A DNA stretch of 64,000 bases from Clostridium sp. GTDB lineage: Bacteria > Bacillota > Clostridia > Oscillospirales > Acutalibacteraceae. Within the stretch, counting starts at the first letter, position 1. Each line of letters begins with the position of its first letter. Under the pieces are notes generated by a model, which was not told the origin of the DNA, ran no database searches, and was given only the letters and a program-made list of their open reading frames with translations. Shown here in pieces: positions 10,365 to 20,234 of the stretch. The stretch spans positions 1,032-65,031 of the forward strand of contig NZ_JAWFXC010000013.1 of the NCBI RefSeq assembly GCF_032576335.1. Reading direction: 5' to 3'. The position numbers were made by a program, and so were the translations under genes.

Positions 10365-11297
10365 TTATTTTAGCAGTGCCTTTGCTTTGGCTACAATATT
10401 TTCGGGTGTCAGGCCGTAAATGCGGAACAAGTCTGCTGGCTTGCCGGATTTGCCGAATTTATCCATAACGCCAATGCGGTCAAATTTCGCACTGGATTTG
10501 CCTGCCAAAGCTTCTGCAACTGCAGAGCCGAGGCCGCCGATGATAGAATGCTCTTCTACGGATACCATAGCGCCGCACTTCTCAGCCATTTTCAAAATGG
10601 TTTCGTTATCGAAAGGCTTAATGGTATGAACGTTTACGACAGCAGCGCTAATTCCCTCTGCAGCCAGCATTTCAGACGCTTTCAAAGCCTCGGGAACCAT
10701 CAGACCGGTGGCAACGAGGCAAACGTCGGAGCCATCTTTCATGATGTTTGCTTTTCCGGGGATGAAGGGGGTATCATCTTCGGTAATTACATCGCAAACC
10801 GGGCGGGCAACACGAATATAAACAGGGCCGTCGATTTCTGCCGCAGCAAAAACAGCCTTCTTGGTTTCAATCGGGTCACAGGGAACAAAAATGGTCATGT
10901 TCGGCACAACACGCATCAGTGCCAAATCTTCAATGGACTGATGGCTACCGCCGTCCTCACCGACACAGAGACCGGAGTGAGAAAGACCAAATTTCACATT
11001 TGCATTTACATAGGCAACGGAGTTACGAATTTGCTCGTATGCACGGCCGGTGCCAAACAAAGCAAATGTGCTGGCAAAGGGAATCAGGCCGGAATGAGCA
11101 AAACCTGCAGCTGCACAAACGAGGTTTGCTTCTGCAATACCAAAGTTAAAGAAACGCTCCGGATATGCATCCAAAAACATGCTGCTCATGGTAGCATGTG
11201 CCAAGTCGGCATCCATTGCTACAACCTTATCATTTTTTGCGCCGAGCTCAACGAGAGCTTCGCCGTATGCTACTCTTAAAGATTTTTTCTCAGCCAT
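10365..11297 (-). CDS. Split transketolase, C-terminal subunit
   Basis: FGIAEAN, GEDGGSHQ, TIKPFD and VEEHSIIGGLGS motifs. Confidence 0.93.
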   Translation of the reverse strand: MAEKKSLRVAYGEALVELGAKNDKVVAMDADLAHATMSSMFLDAYPERFFNFGIAEANLVCAAAGFAHSGLIPFASTFALFGTGRAYEQIRNSVAYVNANVKFGLSHSGLCVGEDGGSHQSIEDLALMRVVPNMTIFVPCDPIETKKAVFAAAEIDGPVYIRVARPVCDVITEDDTPFIPGKANIMKDGSDVCLVATGLMVPEALKASEMLAAEGISAAVVNVHTIKPFDNETILKMAEKCGAMVSVEEHSIIGGLGSAVAEALAGKSSAKFDRIGVMDKFGKSGKPADLFRIYGLTPENIVAKAKALLK

Positions 11298-12105
11298 TGA
11301 TCTCAACCCCCAGTTCCTTCATTGCCGCTGCAAAGTCGTCATTGTTCATCGGCTTGCCGTGCCAGCCGTGGTTATCTTCCATGAAGGAGACACCGTGACC
11401 CTTATGGGTATGGCAGCAAATGAATTTCGGCTTGCCAACTACCGGCTTCTTGATTGCTTCGGTAATCGCGTCAATATCGTGTCCATCTACTTCGAGGCAT
11501 TCAAAACCAAACGCACGGAATTTTTCCATGGGGTCGCCAACGCTCATAACCTGATCGTTGCTGCCATCTATCTGAAGGTGGTTAAAGTCGAGAAGTACCG
11601 TAAAGTTATCCAGCTTGTAATGAGCGGCAGACATCGCTGCTTCCCATACCAGGCCTTCCTGCATTTCACCGTCACCGATGAGTGCGTAAACGTGGTAATC
11701 GGCTTTTTTGTATTTTGCTGCCAGTGCCATACCGCCAGCAATTGCAACACCCTGACCCAAAGAACCGGTGTTGCAGTCAACACCCGGAGTTTTGGTCATA
11801 TCGGGGTGACCCTGCAGGTGAGAATCAGCCTGACGAAGGTGAGCAAGGTCTTCCTTGGGGAAGAATCCTTTTTCCGCCAGAACCGCATAAAGCGTGGGGC
11901 AAGCGTGTCCCTTACTCATTACGAAACGGTCGCGGTTTTCCATGTGCGGATTTTTCGGATCGTACTTCATTACATTTTCGTACAATGCCATTAAAATCTC
12001 TACACACGAGAGGGATCCGCCGGGATGGCCCGACTGGCAGGCATAGAGCGATTTCAAAATATCTGCTCTAATCTGCGTGGCTTTTGCGTTTAGTTCGCTG
12101 TTCAT
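11290..12105 (-). CDS. Split transketolase, N-terminal ThDP-binding subunit
   Basis: SGHPGGSLS, DRFVMSKGH, TGSLGQG and GDGEMQEG motifs. Confidence 0.95.
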   Translation of the reverse strand: MNSELNAKATQIRADILKSLYACQSGHPGGSLSCVEILMALYENVMKYDPKNPHMENRDRFVMSKGHACPTLYAVLAEKGFFPKEDLAHLRQADSHLQGHPDMTKTPGVDCNTGSLGQGVAIAGGMALAAKYKKADYHVYALIGDGEMQEGLVWEAAMSAAHYKLDNFTVLLDFNHLQIDGSNDQVMSVGDPMEKFRAFGFECLEVDGHDIDAITEAIKKPVVGKPKFICCHTHKGHGVSFMEDNHGWHGKPMNNDDFAAAMKELGVEING

Positions 12106-12124
12106 TTCGATTACTCCTTTACAA

Positions 12125-12961
12125 TTAACCCTTCACGGCCCCCGCGGTCAGGCCTTCCACCAAACGCTTCTGCGCGAAGAAGAACATGATGCAAACGGGG
12201 ATGATCGTTATTATTCCGCCGGCAGTTAGAAGGTCCCATTGGACTCCCAGCTGGCCGATCAGATTTTTTAGAGCCACAGGAATTGTGCGGTTCCGCTCGT
12301 TGGTGAACATCACGGCGAAAGTGTATTCATTCCAGGAGGTCATGAAGATGTACACACCCGTAGCAACAAGACAGGGCACCAGCACGGGGAAAATAATGCG
12401 GGTAAAGGCCTGCGCGCGGTTGCAGCCGTCAACCATGGCGGCTTCCTCCAAAGACAAGGGCAGGTCATTGATAAAGCCATTGAGCAACCACACCGAAAAC
12501 GGGATGGTGAACGTGGCATAAGAAAGCACCAGAGATGCGGGGGTGTACAATAAACCCATACTACGCATGATAGCATAAAGCGGAATCAACAGCAAGACCG
12601 TAGGGAACATGTTATTGGTCAAAAATAAAACCATAAATGCTTTTCTGCCGGCAAAGCGAAAACGAGAGAAGGAATAAGAGGCCAGCATTGAAACGGTCAA
12701 GGTAATCAGTGTGGTAATAATCGCAACCACAAAGCTGTTGCCCATGGGCTTTAAAAAGTTAAAATCTACAAAAAGTTTTCTGTAGGATTCAAAAGTCACG
12801 TTATGAGGCCAGTAGGTAACCACACTGCCATAAAGTTCTGCTTCCGGCTTTATGGAGGTAACAAACGTCCAATAAAATGGGAAAAGCAATAGCAGTAAGA
12901 TTACAAACAGAGGAAGGTAAAGTAACAATAAATTCTGCATGGGTGATCTTTTATGCTGCAT
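12125..12961 (-). CDS. Carbohydrate ABC transporter permease (MalG-like)
   Basis: LEEAAMVDG EAA motif, SWNEY, VEGLTAGAVKG C-terminus. Confidence 0.93.
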   Translation of the reverse strand: MQHKRSPMQNLLLLYLPLFVILLLLLFPFYWTFVTSIKPEAELYGSVVTYWPHNVTFESYRKLFVDFNFLKPMGNSFVVAIITTLITLTVSMLASYSFSRFRFAGRKAFMVLFLTNNMFPTVLLLIPLYAIMRSMGLLYTPASLVLSYATFTIPFSVWLLNGFINDLPLSLEEAAMVDGCNRAQAFTRIIFPVLVPCLVATGVYIFMTSWNEYTFAVMFTNERNRTIPVALKNLIGQLGVQWDLLTAGGIITIIPVCIMFFFAQKRLVEGLTAGAVKG

Positions 12962-12965
12962 AACT

Positions 12966-13844
12966 TTACGCCTCCTGACTCGCAAACATATTTTTTAAAT
13001 ACGGAATCGCAACCAGCAATAACAGTAATGTTAGCAGAAGCGACATGGTAGACGAATAACCCAAATTCAAAGCATTCGCCTTGTTAAATACATAAACGCT
13101 CAGCGTCTGCGATGCGTAAGCAGGACCGCCACCCGTCATGTTGAAAATCACGTCCACCGAGTTTGCCACCCAAATAATACGCAGCAAAGTGGTGACGAAA
13201 ATGGTGTTCTTAATTGCGGGAATGGTAATGCGGAACAGCTTCTGAAAGCTTGTGGCGCCATCAATATCGGCCGCCTCATACAGTTCGCCGGGCACGCCCT
13301 GCAAACCAGCCAGAAGCATTAAAGCAAAGAACGGAATTCCCTGCCAGATAATCGTAAGAATAACAGACGGCATAACCGTAGAATCCTGTGCCAGGAACGG
13401 TATGGGTGCCTGAATGAAGCCGACCTTCATTAAAAGGTCATTGAGCACGCCGTAGCTGCCGTCGTAAATCCAGCGCCACATCAAACCAATGAGAACGCCG
13501 GGGGTAACCCAAGGAATCAGGCTCACCGCGCGCACAATACCACGGCCACGGAAGCTCTTATTCAAAAGATTCGCCAGAATAAAGCCAAAAACAAACTGGA
13601 AACCTACGCCGAAAACAACCCACAGGATCGTCCTCCAAAGGGATGCCCAGAACAGCTTATCCTGCAGCACATCAATGTAATTGGTAAACCCAACAAAACC
13701 GATGTCGCTTGGTCTTCTTAAATCATAGCTTTGAAAGCTCATTAAAATCGCATTAAGTGCTGGGATTAATACAACTGCGATAATAATTAGCACCGCAGGC
13801 GTGATCAGCAAATACGGCCAAATATTCGTCTTTTTACGCTGCAC
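12966..13844 (-). CDS. Carbohydrate ABC transporter permease (MalF-like)
   Basis: LYEAADIDGA EAA motif; MTGGGP. Confidence 0.93.
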   Translation of the reverse strand: MQRKKTNIWPYLLITPAVLIIIAVVLIPALNAILMSFQSYDLRRPSDIGFVGFTNYIDVLQDKLFWASLWRTILWVVFGVGFQFVFGFILANLLNKSFRGRGIVRAVSLIPWVTPGVLIGLMWRWIYDGSYGVLNDLLMKVGFIQAPIPFLAQDSTVMPSVILTIIWQGIPFFALMLLAGLQGVPGELYEAADIDGATSFQKLFRITIPAIKNTIFVTTLLRIIWVANSVDVIFNMTGGGPAYASQTLSVYVFNKANALNLGYSSTMSLLLTLLLLLVAIPYLKNMFASQEA

Positions 13845-13930
13845 TGTATATTCACCTCTTTGAAAGATTGGGGCCGCGGCCGAACTAAATTCTCGACCAG
13901 CCGCAGCCCACAGAGCCCATTGCTTACTGT

Positions 13931-15223
13931 TTATTTCTTGCCGTACAGACCTTCCTGCAAGGTCTTCATGGCGTCAGCAGCCGTTTCTTTGCCGGTAAGG
14001 GCAGAAGCAACTGTGTTCGGCCAAATGGTGCTGATCCATTCGGTGGTGGTGTCTTTAATCGGGATAATGCCCGCATAGGACTGACCAGCGATGGAAGCCT
14101 TCATAAACTTGTTATTCTGGAACTCAGGCAGAGCCTGAACGGTTTTGCTAACAGGCACGTTGCCGGTAATTTTGCACCATTTCTCTTGTCCTTCGCCTGC
14201 CGCCAGGTAAGAAATCCACTCGAAAGCAGCATCCTTATTTTTGCTGGACTGGAAGATAACGTTCTCCGTGTCACCCATAGAGGTCCACTGGCCCTTGCCA
14301 CTGGGGAAGGGGAATGCGTCAACGTCATCACCGAAGGTTTCAACCATACCCTTGGAAGAGCCGGTGTGGTGAATGGTCATAGCAGTTTTGCCAGATTTAA
14401 AGTTCGCGATAATTTCGTTAAAGCCATCCTGTGTAGCGGTGGGAGGTACATAACCCTTTTTGTACAGGTCAATAAAGTCCTGCATGCCCTGAACGGACTC
14501 AGCGCTGGTCATGTTCTCAAAGCTGCCGCCACGGCCGTTGATGAAGCTGCCCCAAGGTTCTTGGCCGCCCTTTGCACCGCGCATACCAAAGCCGTAAATA
14601 TCGGTTTTGCCGTCGCCGTTGGTGTCCATGGTGGTCTTCTTGATTGCCTCAAGGAACTCTTCGTAGGTCTTAGGCACTTCTACGCCAGCCTTCTTGAAGA
14701 TGGACGGACGATAGTAAACGTACAGAACCTGAATGTTCCAGGGCATGACATACATTTTGTCAGAGCCGCCGGCCTGCTTCATAATCTTGTAAATGTTATC
14801 ATCAATGTCGCTCTTCTTGTCCCACTTTGCAATGTAATCATCCAAATTTGCGAGCAGGTTGTTAGCAGTAAACAGCGGGGTAGCTGTCAGCTTCCATGCT
14901 GCGGTATCGGGTCCGCCGCCGCCCATAACAGCGTTAAACAGGTTTTCACTGTATGCGCCGCCGTCCCAGGGGTATTCTTCTGCTTTTACGGTAATGTTTT
15001 TCTTGTTGGATTTGTTGAAATCCTCAACCATTTCTTTCATTTTAGCAGAGTAGTCGGAGCTGTCTGCCCAGTACCAATGGGTAATGGTAACCGGTTCGCC
15101 GCTTGCCGCTTTAGACTCTGTTGCACTGGAAGCAGCGGGTTGTTTGGCGCAGCCGGCAAACGAGGTTGCCGCAATTGCAAGCGCCAGGGTAAGTGCCAGT
15201 ACTTTTTTCCTTTTCACTTTCAT
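13931..15223 (-). CDS. Sugar ABC transporter substrate-binding lipoprotein
   Basis: Signal peptide with lipobox FAGC; family-1 SBP motifs (YYRPSIFKKAG, FKSGKTAM). Confidence 0.92.
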   Translation of the reverse strand: MKVKRKKVLALTLALAIAATSFAGCAKQPAASSATESKAASGEPVTITHWYWADSSDYSAKMKEMVEDFNKSNKKNITVKAEEYPWDGGAYSENLFNAVMGGGGPDTAAWKLTATPLFTANNLLANLDDYIAKWDKKSDIDDNIYKIMKQAGGSDKMYVMPWNIQVLYVYYRPSIFKKAGVEVPKTYEEFLEAIKKTTMDTNGDGKTDIYGFGMRGAKGGQEPWGSFINGRGGSFENMTSAESVQGMQDFIDLYKKGYVPPTATQDGFNEIIANFKSGKTAMTIHHTGSSKGMVETFGDDVDAFPFPSGKGQWTSMGDTENVIFQSSKNKDAAFEWISYLAAGEGQEKWCKITGNVPVSKTVQALPEFQNNKFMKASIAGQSYAGIIPIKDTTTEWISTIWPNTVASALTGKETAADAMKTLQEGLYGKK

Positions 15224-15228
15224 TCCTC

Positions 15229-15921
15229 CTAATATTTGAGCTGAGAATCGTCCAAGGCCTGCATAATGTGCCTCCGAGTCTCTTCCGCTGCGGCATCCGG
15301 GTTTTTATTTCGAATTGCCTCATAAATGCGGATATGAGCCGCGATTGCGCGCTTATGCGTGCCAGGAACATTCATCGTTTCGAGATATCCTTCCCGAATC
15401 GATTCACAGATTAAAGGCAGAATACGCATTAAAACGTCATTCTGCGTGCACTCTGCCACAGCGGTATGAAAGTCCACGTCGCGCGAAGGGTATTCAAGCC
15501 CATTAATGAGCTCCGCGGTTTCCATATCTTCAATTGCCTGGCTGAGCCTGTTGAGATTCTCGCTGGTGGCTCTTTGCGCCGCCAGCATCGCGATTTGCGG
15601 TTCTATCAGAAGTCTGCTTTCGAGCAGGTTGTGAAGCAGCTTATTTGGATTTGCAAAGTGCAGGCCTAGGGGGTCGTTCTTCATACCAAGACTCTCAGAA
15701 ATAAAAGTGCCTTTCCCCCTGTGAATTTCTACTACATTATCGGCAATCAACAGCTTGACCGCTTCCCGCACAGTGGAACGCCCTACGCCAAACATGACCG
15801 AAAGTTCCCCTTCACTTGGAAGACGGTCGCCGGGTTTCAGATTTTTTTCCACTATCATTTCCTTAAGCTTTTTGGAAATAACAAGCGGAAGTTCTCTGGT
15901 CCCAAACAAAATTTGACTCAT
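15229..15921 (-). CDS. FadR/GntR-family transcriptional regulator
   Basis: LKPGDRLPSEGELSVMFGVGRSTVREA wHTH plus FCD domain (DVDFH). Confidence 0.93.
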   Translation of the reverse strand: MSQILFGTRELPLVISKKLKEMIVEKNLKPGDRLPSEGELSVMFGVGRSTVREAVKLLIADNVVEIHRGKGTFISESLGMKNDPLGLHFANPNKLLHNLLESRLLIEPQIAMLAAQRATSENLNRLSQAIEDMETAELINGLEYPSRDVDFHTAVAECTQNDVLMRILPLICESIREGYLETMNVPGTHKRAIAAHIRIYEAIRNKNPDAAAEETRRHIMQALDDSQLKY

Positions 15922-16025
15922 GTTCACTCTCCTTGGCTTCCCCTGTTCGGTACAGCTTGTCCCTCCCGGATAAGCTGCCGCATCAAACTAGGTTTTTTGT
16001 GCAATAACACAAATTCATTGACTTG

Positions 16026-16054
16026 ATTATACCAAATCAAAATTCTGATTTCAA
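16026..16054 (-). promoter_or_regulatory. sigma-A promoter (extended -10) of the gntR-ABC-transketolase operon
   Basis: TTGAAA-17 bp-TATAAT with a TG extension. Confidence 0.65.
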
Positions 16055-16126
16055 GACTTTTTATAAATATATTTAGTTTAAAGAGTCAAATTTATAAAAT
16101 AGCACTAAAAAACCACAAAGTGTCAT

Positions 16127-16154
16127 GTGACGTCTGACGACTGACATCCGATTA
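16127..16154. repeat. 7-bp tandem direct repeats, candidate operator
   Basis: GTGACGT-CTGACGA-CTGACAT-CCGATTA. Confidence 0.5.
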
Positions 16155-16574
16155 GATTTTGACACACTATCTATTTTATCCAAATTTTTCCTGCCATCGA
16201 ATGAAATACCCCGCTCTCGCGCCGTATTCTCACCTCCACTCTTATTGTCTGCAAGCAGTTTTAAAACATACGGCATATTCGTGTTCGTTTTATGAAAATC
16301 ATACAACTCCACAGCACAATCTATCAACAATTTGTAAAAACATGAGAACGCCGCATGTTTCTGCTTGATTATACAAGATTCGACTCCGAATGTCTTTATA
16401 AATTAGAAAATCGTTTTTACGGCTAATATACTAAGAATTCAAGAAAGCCGCCCTTGGCTTTAAAAGTGCGGTAAGAATGCGCTCTTTCGCTTGACTTTAC
16501 CTAATCCCACATATAGAATAAAAGCAGAAAACGCATAGTTTTAGAATGCAATTTAAATAGAAAGGGTGTTTGTT

Positions 16575-17756
16575 TTGGAAAGTTTCGTTTACCAGGTACC
16601 AACCAAAGTGATTTTCGGTAGAGATGCAGAGCTGCAGATTGCACCGGAAGCCGTGGCCCGCGGTGTAAAACGTACTCTTTTGGTATATGGCGGTGGCAGC
16701 GTTGTGAAAAGCGGGCTGCTTACCCGAATGGAAAAATCTTTGGAGGAATCGGGAATCAAAGTGCAAACCCTTGGTGGTGTGCAGCCGAACCCCAGACTAC
16801 AGCTGGCAAGAAATGGCGTACAGCAGGCACTGGAGTTTGGTGCAGATTCGATTCTGGCTGTGGGCGGCGGCAGTGTTATTGACACCGCTAAGGCAATTGC
16901 GATTGGTGCAGCAAACCCCGAAACAGATATTTGGGAGTTTTGGCTGCGTAAGCAAACCGTAACCAAAGCATTGCCAGTAGCCGTTGTACTTACTATTTCC
17001 GCAGCCGGTAGTGAAACCAGTGATTCGGCCGTTTTGACCGATGCGGATACCAACACCAAGCGTGGCCTGAACACCCCGTTTAATCGACCAGCATTCTCGG
17101 CATTGAATCCGGAACTGACGATGACCCTTCCTAAGTTCCAAATCACCTGCGGAACCGTAGATATGATGATGCACACAATGGATCGTTATTTTAATCCGGT
17201 AGTAACCAACCAAGTTACAGACGAGCTGTCGGAAGCATTGCTACGTGTTATCATCCGCAATGGCCCTATCGCACTCCAAAACCCACACGACTATAACGCG
17301 ATGAGCGAGCTAATGTGGGCAGGGAGCCTTTCTCACAATGAATTAACCGGCCTTGGCGGACAAAAGGATTTCGCACCTCACCAGATAAGCCACGAACTTA
17401 GCGGCCGTTTCGACGCAGCACACGGCGCAGCTCTTTCTGCCATTTGGAGCTCTTGGGCTACCTATACACGCCGAATAAACCCGGAACGTTTTGCGCAATT
17501 TGGCAGAAATGTGTGGGGCCTTACCGGCACAGACACCGAGGAGCTTTCCAAAGCAGCTATTCAAGCCTCCAACCGTTATTTCCGCTCTCTCGATATGCCT
17601 ACCAATTTTACGGAGCTAGGCATAGGCGTTCAATCTGATAAAGTAATTGAAGAGCTTGCGTGGAGCTGTTCCTTTGGCGAAACGCGGACGGTAGGAACCT
17701 TCCAGAAGCTAAATCGCAAGGATTTGGAAGCAATTTATCATCTGGCAAACCATTAA
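16575..17756 (+). CDS. Iron-containing alcohol dehydrogenase (BdhA/YugJ-like)
   Basis: YGGGSVVKSG, GGGSVIDTAK, HQISHELSG and HGAAL motifs; start TTG 16575 or GTG 16566. Confidence 0.92.
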   Translation: MESFVYQVPTKVIFGRDAELQIAPEAVARGVKRTLLVYGGGSVVKSGLLTRMEKSLEESGIKVQTLGGVQPNPRLQLARNGVQQALEFGADSILAVGGGSVIDTAKAIAIGAANPETDIWEFWLRKQTVTKALPVAVVLTISAAGSETSDSAVLTDADTNTKRGLNTPFNRPAFSALNPELTMTLPKFQITCGTVDMMMHTMDRYFNPVVTNQVTDELSEALLRVIIRNGPIALQNPHDYNAMSELMWAGSLSHNELTGLGGQKDFAPHQISHELSGRFDAAHGAALSAIWSSWATYTRRINPERFAQFGRNVWGLTGTDTEELSKAAIQASNRYFRSLDMPTNFTELGIGVQSDKVIEELAWSCSFGETRTVGTFQKLNRKDLEAIYHLANH

Positions 17757-17829
17757 TTCACTCGTTAATTCGTATTAGAAGATTATAAGCTTGTAAAGCA
17801 CCTGCTCTATTTATGAAAGGGGATCTACG

Positions 17830-18195
17830 ATGAAATCTACTTTTCTGCATTTTAACTACAATGTGTTCGATTTGGAAAAAAGTCTCGCGTTTTATCATAA
17901 GGCACTGGGTCTTACGGAAAAGCGCCGTAAAGTTGCTTCCGATGGTTCCTTTATACTTGTATACTTAACCGATGATGCGACCGGTTTTGAACTGGAACTG
18001 ACATGGCTGCGCGACCGCAAAGAACCCTATAATCTGGGGGATAATGAAATTCACCTTGCCGTGCGTGTTCCAGATAAAAAAGAGGCTTATGAGCTGCACA
18101 AAAGCATGGGCTGTATTTGCTATGAAAACCACGAGATGGATTTGTACTTTATCAATGACCCCGATGGATACTGGATTGAAATATTGGACCGATAA
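17830..18195 (+). CDS. gloA: VOC family protein, probable lactoylglutathione lyase
   Basis: HFNYNVFDLEKSLAFY, ELELTW, HLA and FINDPDGYWIE motifs. Confidence 0.85.
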   Translation: MKSTFLHFNYNVFDLEKSLAFYHKALGLTEKRRKVASDGSFILVYLTDDATGFELELTWLRDRKEPYNLGDNEIHLAVRVPDKKEAYELHKSMGCICYENHEMDLYFINDPDGYWIEILDR

Positions 18196-18213
18196 TTAAG
18201 CAAAGTAATCAAT

Positions 18214-18248
18214 AAAAAATCCCCACCGTTTTTCGGTGGGGATTTTTT
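18214..18248. terminator. Bidirectional terminator
   Basis: AAAAAATCCCCACCG-ttttt-CGGTGGGGATTTTTT between convergent genes. Confidence 0.88.
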
Positions 18249-19905
18249 ATTGAATAATTCCGTACTTTTTCATGCGATATTGTAAACTTTGGCGGCGAAG
18301 CCCTAAGGAATCTGCCGTACGCGTGATATTACCGCCGTAATACTCCAAAACCGCTTTTATAACCTGATTTTCATAGGAATCCATTGTATACTGCAAATCC
18401 TGCCGCATCCAGATTTCCTCGGTATTCTCTCCCGTAGAGCGGCGTGGCTTTTCCATATCCTGCAAATAACGTGGTAAGTGGGCAATACCGATTACCGGGC
18501 CATCTACCACATTGAACGCATAATCCAATACATTGTGTAGTTCTCTCACATTCCCCGGCCAATTGTACTGTGAAAACAAAGTCATTACTTCTGGGCCTAT
18601 ACTCTGAATGGACTTTGCATATTTATAAGCCTTGGAAGAGATATAATCCTCCGCTAGCAGCAAAATATCTTCCGTATGTTCGCGAAGCGGCGGTAAATCA
18701 ATCGTTACCGTAGAGAGCCGATAATACAAATCCTTTCGGAGAGCATTATCTTTGAGCAGTTGCGCCGGTGGTTCATTGCAGGAAGATATAAAACGAATAT
18801 CGGTCTTTTTATCCTGACTTCCACCAATTCGCCGAAATGTCCCTTCCTGAATCACACGTAAAAGCTTCGACTGCATCGAGAGACTCATTGAATTCAACTC
18901 ATCCAAAAATAAGGTGCCTCCATCGGCTTCTTCTAAAAGGCCAACGGAATTGGTACTGCCGGTAAACGCACCCTTTTGTGTGCCGAAAAAGACCCCTTCA
19001 ATCAATGTGTCTGGAATGGCTGCGCAATTGATTGCCACAAATTTCTTTTCTTTTCGAGAACTGTACTTATGAATACTTTGCGCAAATACCTCTTTGCCGG
19101 TGCCTGTTTCTCCTACCAGAAGAATATTGCTGTTTTGAGCCGCAACCCGTTTGGCAAGATTGACTGCATCCACCAGCTTTTGGGAAGTACCGATGATATT
19201 GCTAAAGGTGTAACCGGAGAATCTGGCATATGTTGTTTTTTCCTCTTGGTCGGAAAGTGCTGCACGAACTTTCTCCAGCCACTCAATCTGTGCCTTTACA
19301 ACCTCCAGATTCTGCTCAAAAACCACCACGCCAGCCAACTCCTTATTTTGAAAAACAGGATACGCTGTATTTACTGTGGCTACATCACTGCCAGTCGTCG
19401 TCTTAAAGATATCAAACCGATTGAGCACGGGAGCGGCTGTTCGCAAACACGTGAGAACGGTGCTCACCGATTCCTCCACGTTGTACATATCGAGCAGGTG
19501 TTTCCCTCTAACGAAAAATCCATTGGGAATTTCGGAGATTTTTCTACTGTTTTCATTTAGATAAACCAGACCTGCATTTTTGTCGTAAATCTGTACCCCG
19601 TCCGTTACCTTCTCCAGTGCGGATTGATAAAGGAAATCACTGTCGGTGTGTGTTTTCAGGTAATACACCATACCACAGCCCGAATCCCAACAGATGAAAT
19701 CAAAAATCTCCTCGTTCCAGCTTAGTTCCCCTTGGCTTCGGCAATAATCCACTTGAGAAAACAATAAGGAAAACGGCTGATTTAAAAAAGAGGACCAAAC
19801 CTGCACACACCTGTTTTTTGTCTCCTTATTCATCCAGTCAATGGATCGAATCCGCTTTTCTTCATCCAGCACAATGGCTACATCGGCCATATTCATAACC
19901 CGCAC
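18247..19905 (-). CDS. Sigma-54-dependent enhancer-binding activator (PAS-AAA+-Fis HTH, RocR-like)
   Basis: GETGTGKE Walker A, GAFTGS loop, LFLDE Walker B, WPGNVREL, C-terminal HTH. Confidence 0.95.
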   Translation of the reverse strand: MRVMNMADVAIVLDEEKRIRSIDWMNKETKNRCVQVWSSFLNQPFSLLFSQVDYCRSQGELSWNEEIFDFICWDSGCGMVYYLKTHTDSDFLYQSALEKVTDGVQIYDKNAGLVYLNENSRKISEIPNGFFVRGKHLLDMYNVEESVSTVLTCLRTAAPVLNRFDIFKTTTGSDVATVNTAYPVFQNKELAGVVVFEQNLEVVKAQIEWLEKVRAALSDQEEKTTYARFSGYTFSNIIGTSQKLVDAVNLAKRVAAQNSNILLVGETGTGKEVFAQSIHKYSSRKEKKFVAINCAAIPDTLIEGVFFGTQKGAFTGSTNSVGLLEEADGGTLFLDELNSMSLSMQSKLLRVIQEGTFRRIGGSQDKKTDIRFISSCNEPPAQLLKDNALRKDLYYRLSTVTIDLPPLREHTEDILLLAEDYISSKAYKYAKSIQSIGPEVMTLFSQYNWPGNVRELHNVLDYAFNVVDGPVIGIAHLPRYLQDMEKPRRSTGENTEEIWMRQDLQYTMDSYENQVIKAVLEYYGGNITRTADSLGLRRQSLQYRMKKYGIIQ

Positions 19906-19975
19906 CTCCCCGATTTACAGAGAATGAACTCATTGGAACAAATCATAGCACAAGCCGTCATAGCGGTCAATGAGT

Positions 19976-20010
19976 GCAAAATAGTTTGCCATAGTGCCAA
20001 ATCATTTTGC
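19976..20010. promoter_or_regulatory. Two imperfect palindromes, candidate upstream activating sequences
   Basis: GCAAAATAGTTTGCC and GCCAAATCATTTTGC with a 20-bp period, about 110-140 bp upstream of the sigma54 site. Confidence 0.6.
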
Positions 20011-20116
20011 GGTTTGGCCGCAATTTACAGAATCATCACTTTCTCACATTAGCGTAAAACCGATAAAAACCGCCATTATCTTCTGTTTTTTTCTGTTATT
20101 TATTGTATTTTTTAGT

Positions 20117-20132
20117 TGGCATGGATCTTGCT
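20117..20132 (+). promoter_or_regulatory. sigma-54 -24/-12 promoter
   Basis: TGGCAT-GGATC-TTGCT with GG and GC exactly 10 nt apart; divergent from a bEBP gene. Confidence 0.88.
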
Positions 20133-20234
20133 ATAATAAAAAGTGTAAGCACAAACGACCCTGTACTGGCACAAAAATATCGCGCGCGGGTATTGACGGA
20201 GGGTACACAGGTCACTTCAAAGGAGGAAAATAGC

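Noticed and set aside
13870..13910. Hairpin between the SBP and first permease gene
   Set aside because: Ordinary intercistronic stabiliser commonly found after binding-protein genes.
20166..20184. Second TGGCAC in the BCCT leader as another sigma54 site
   Set aside because: No TTGC at the required -12 spacing.
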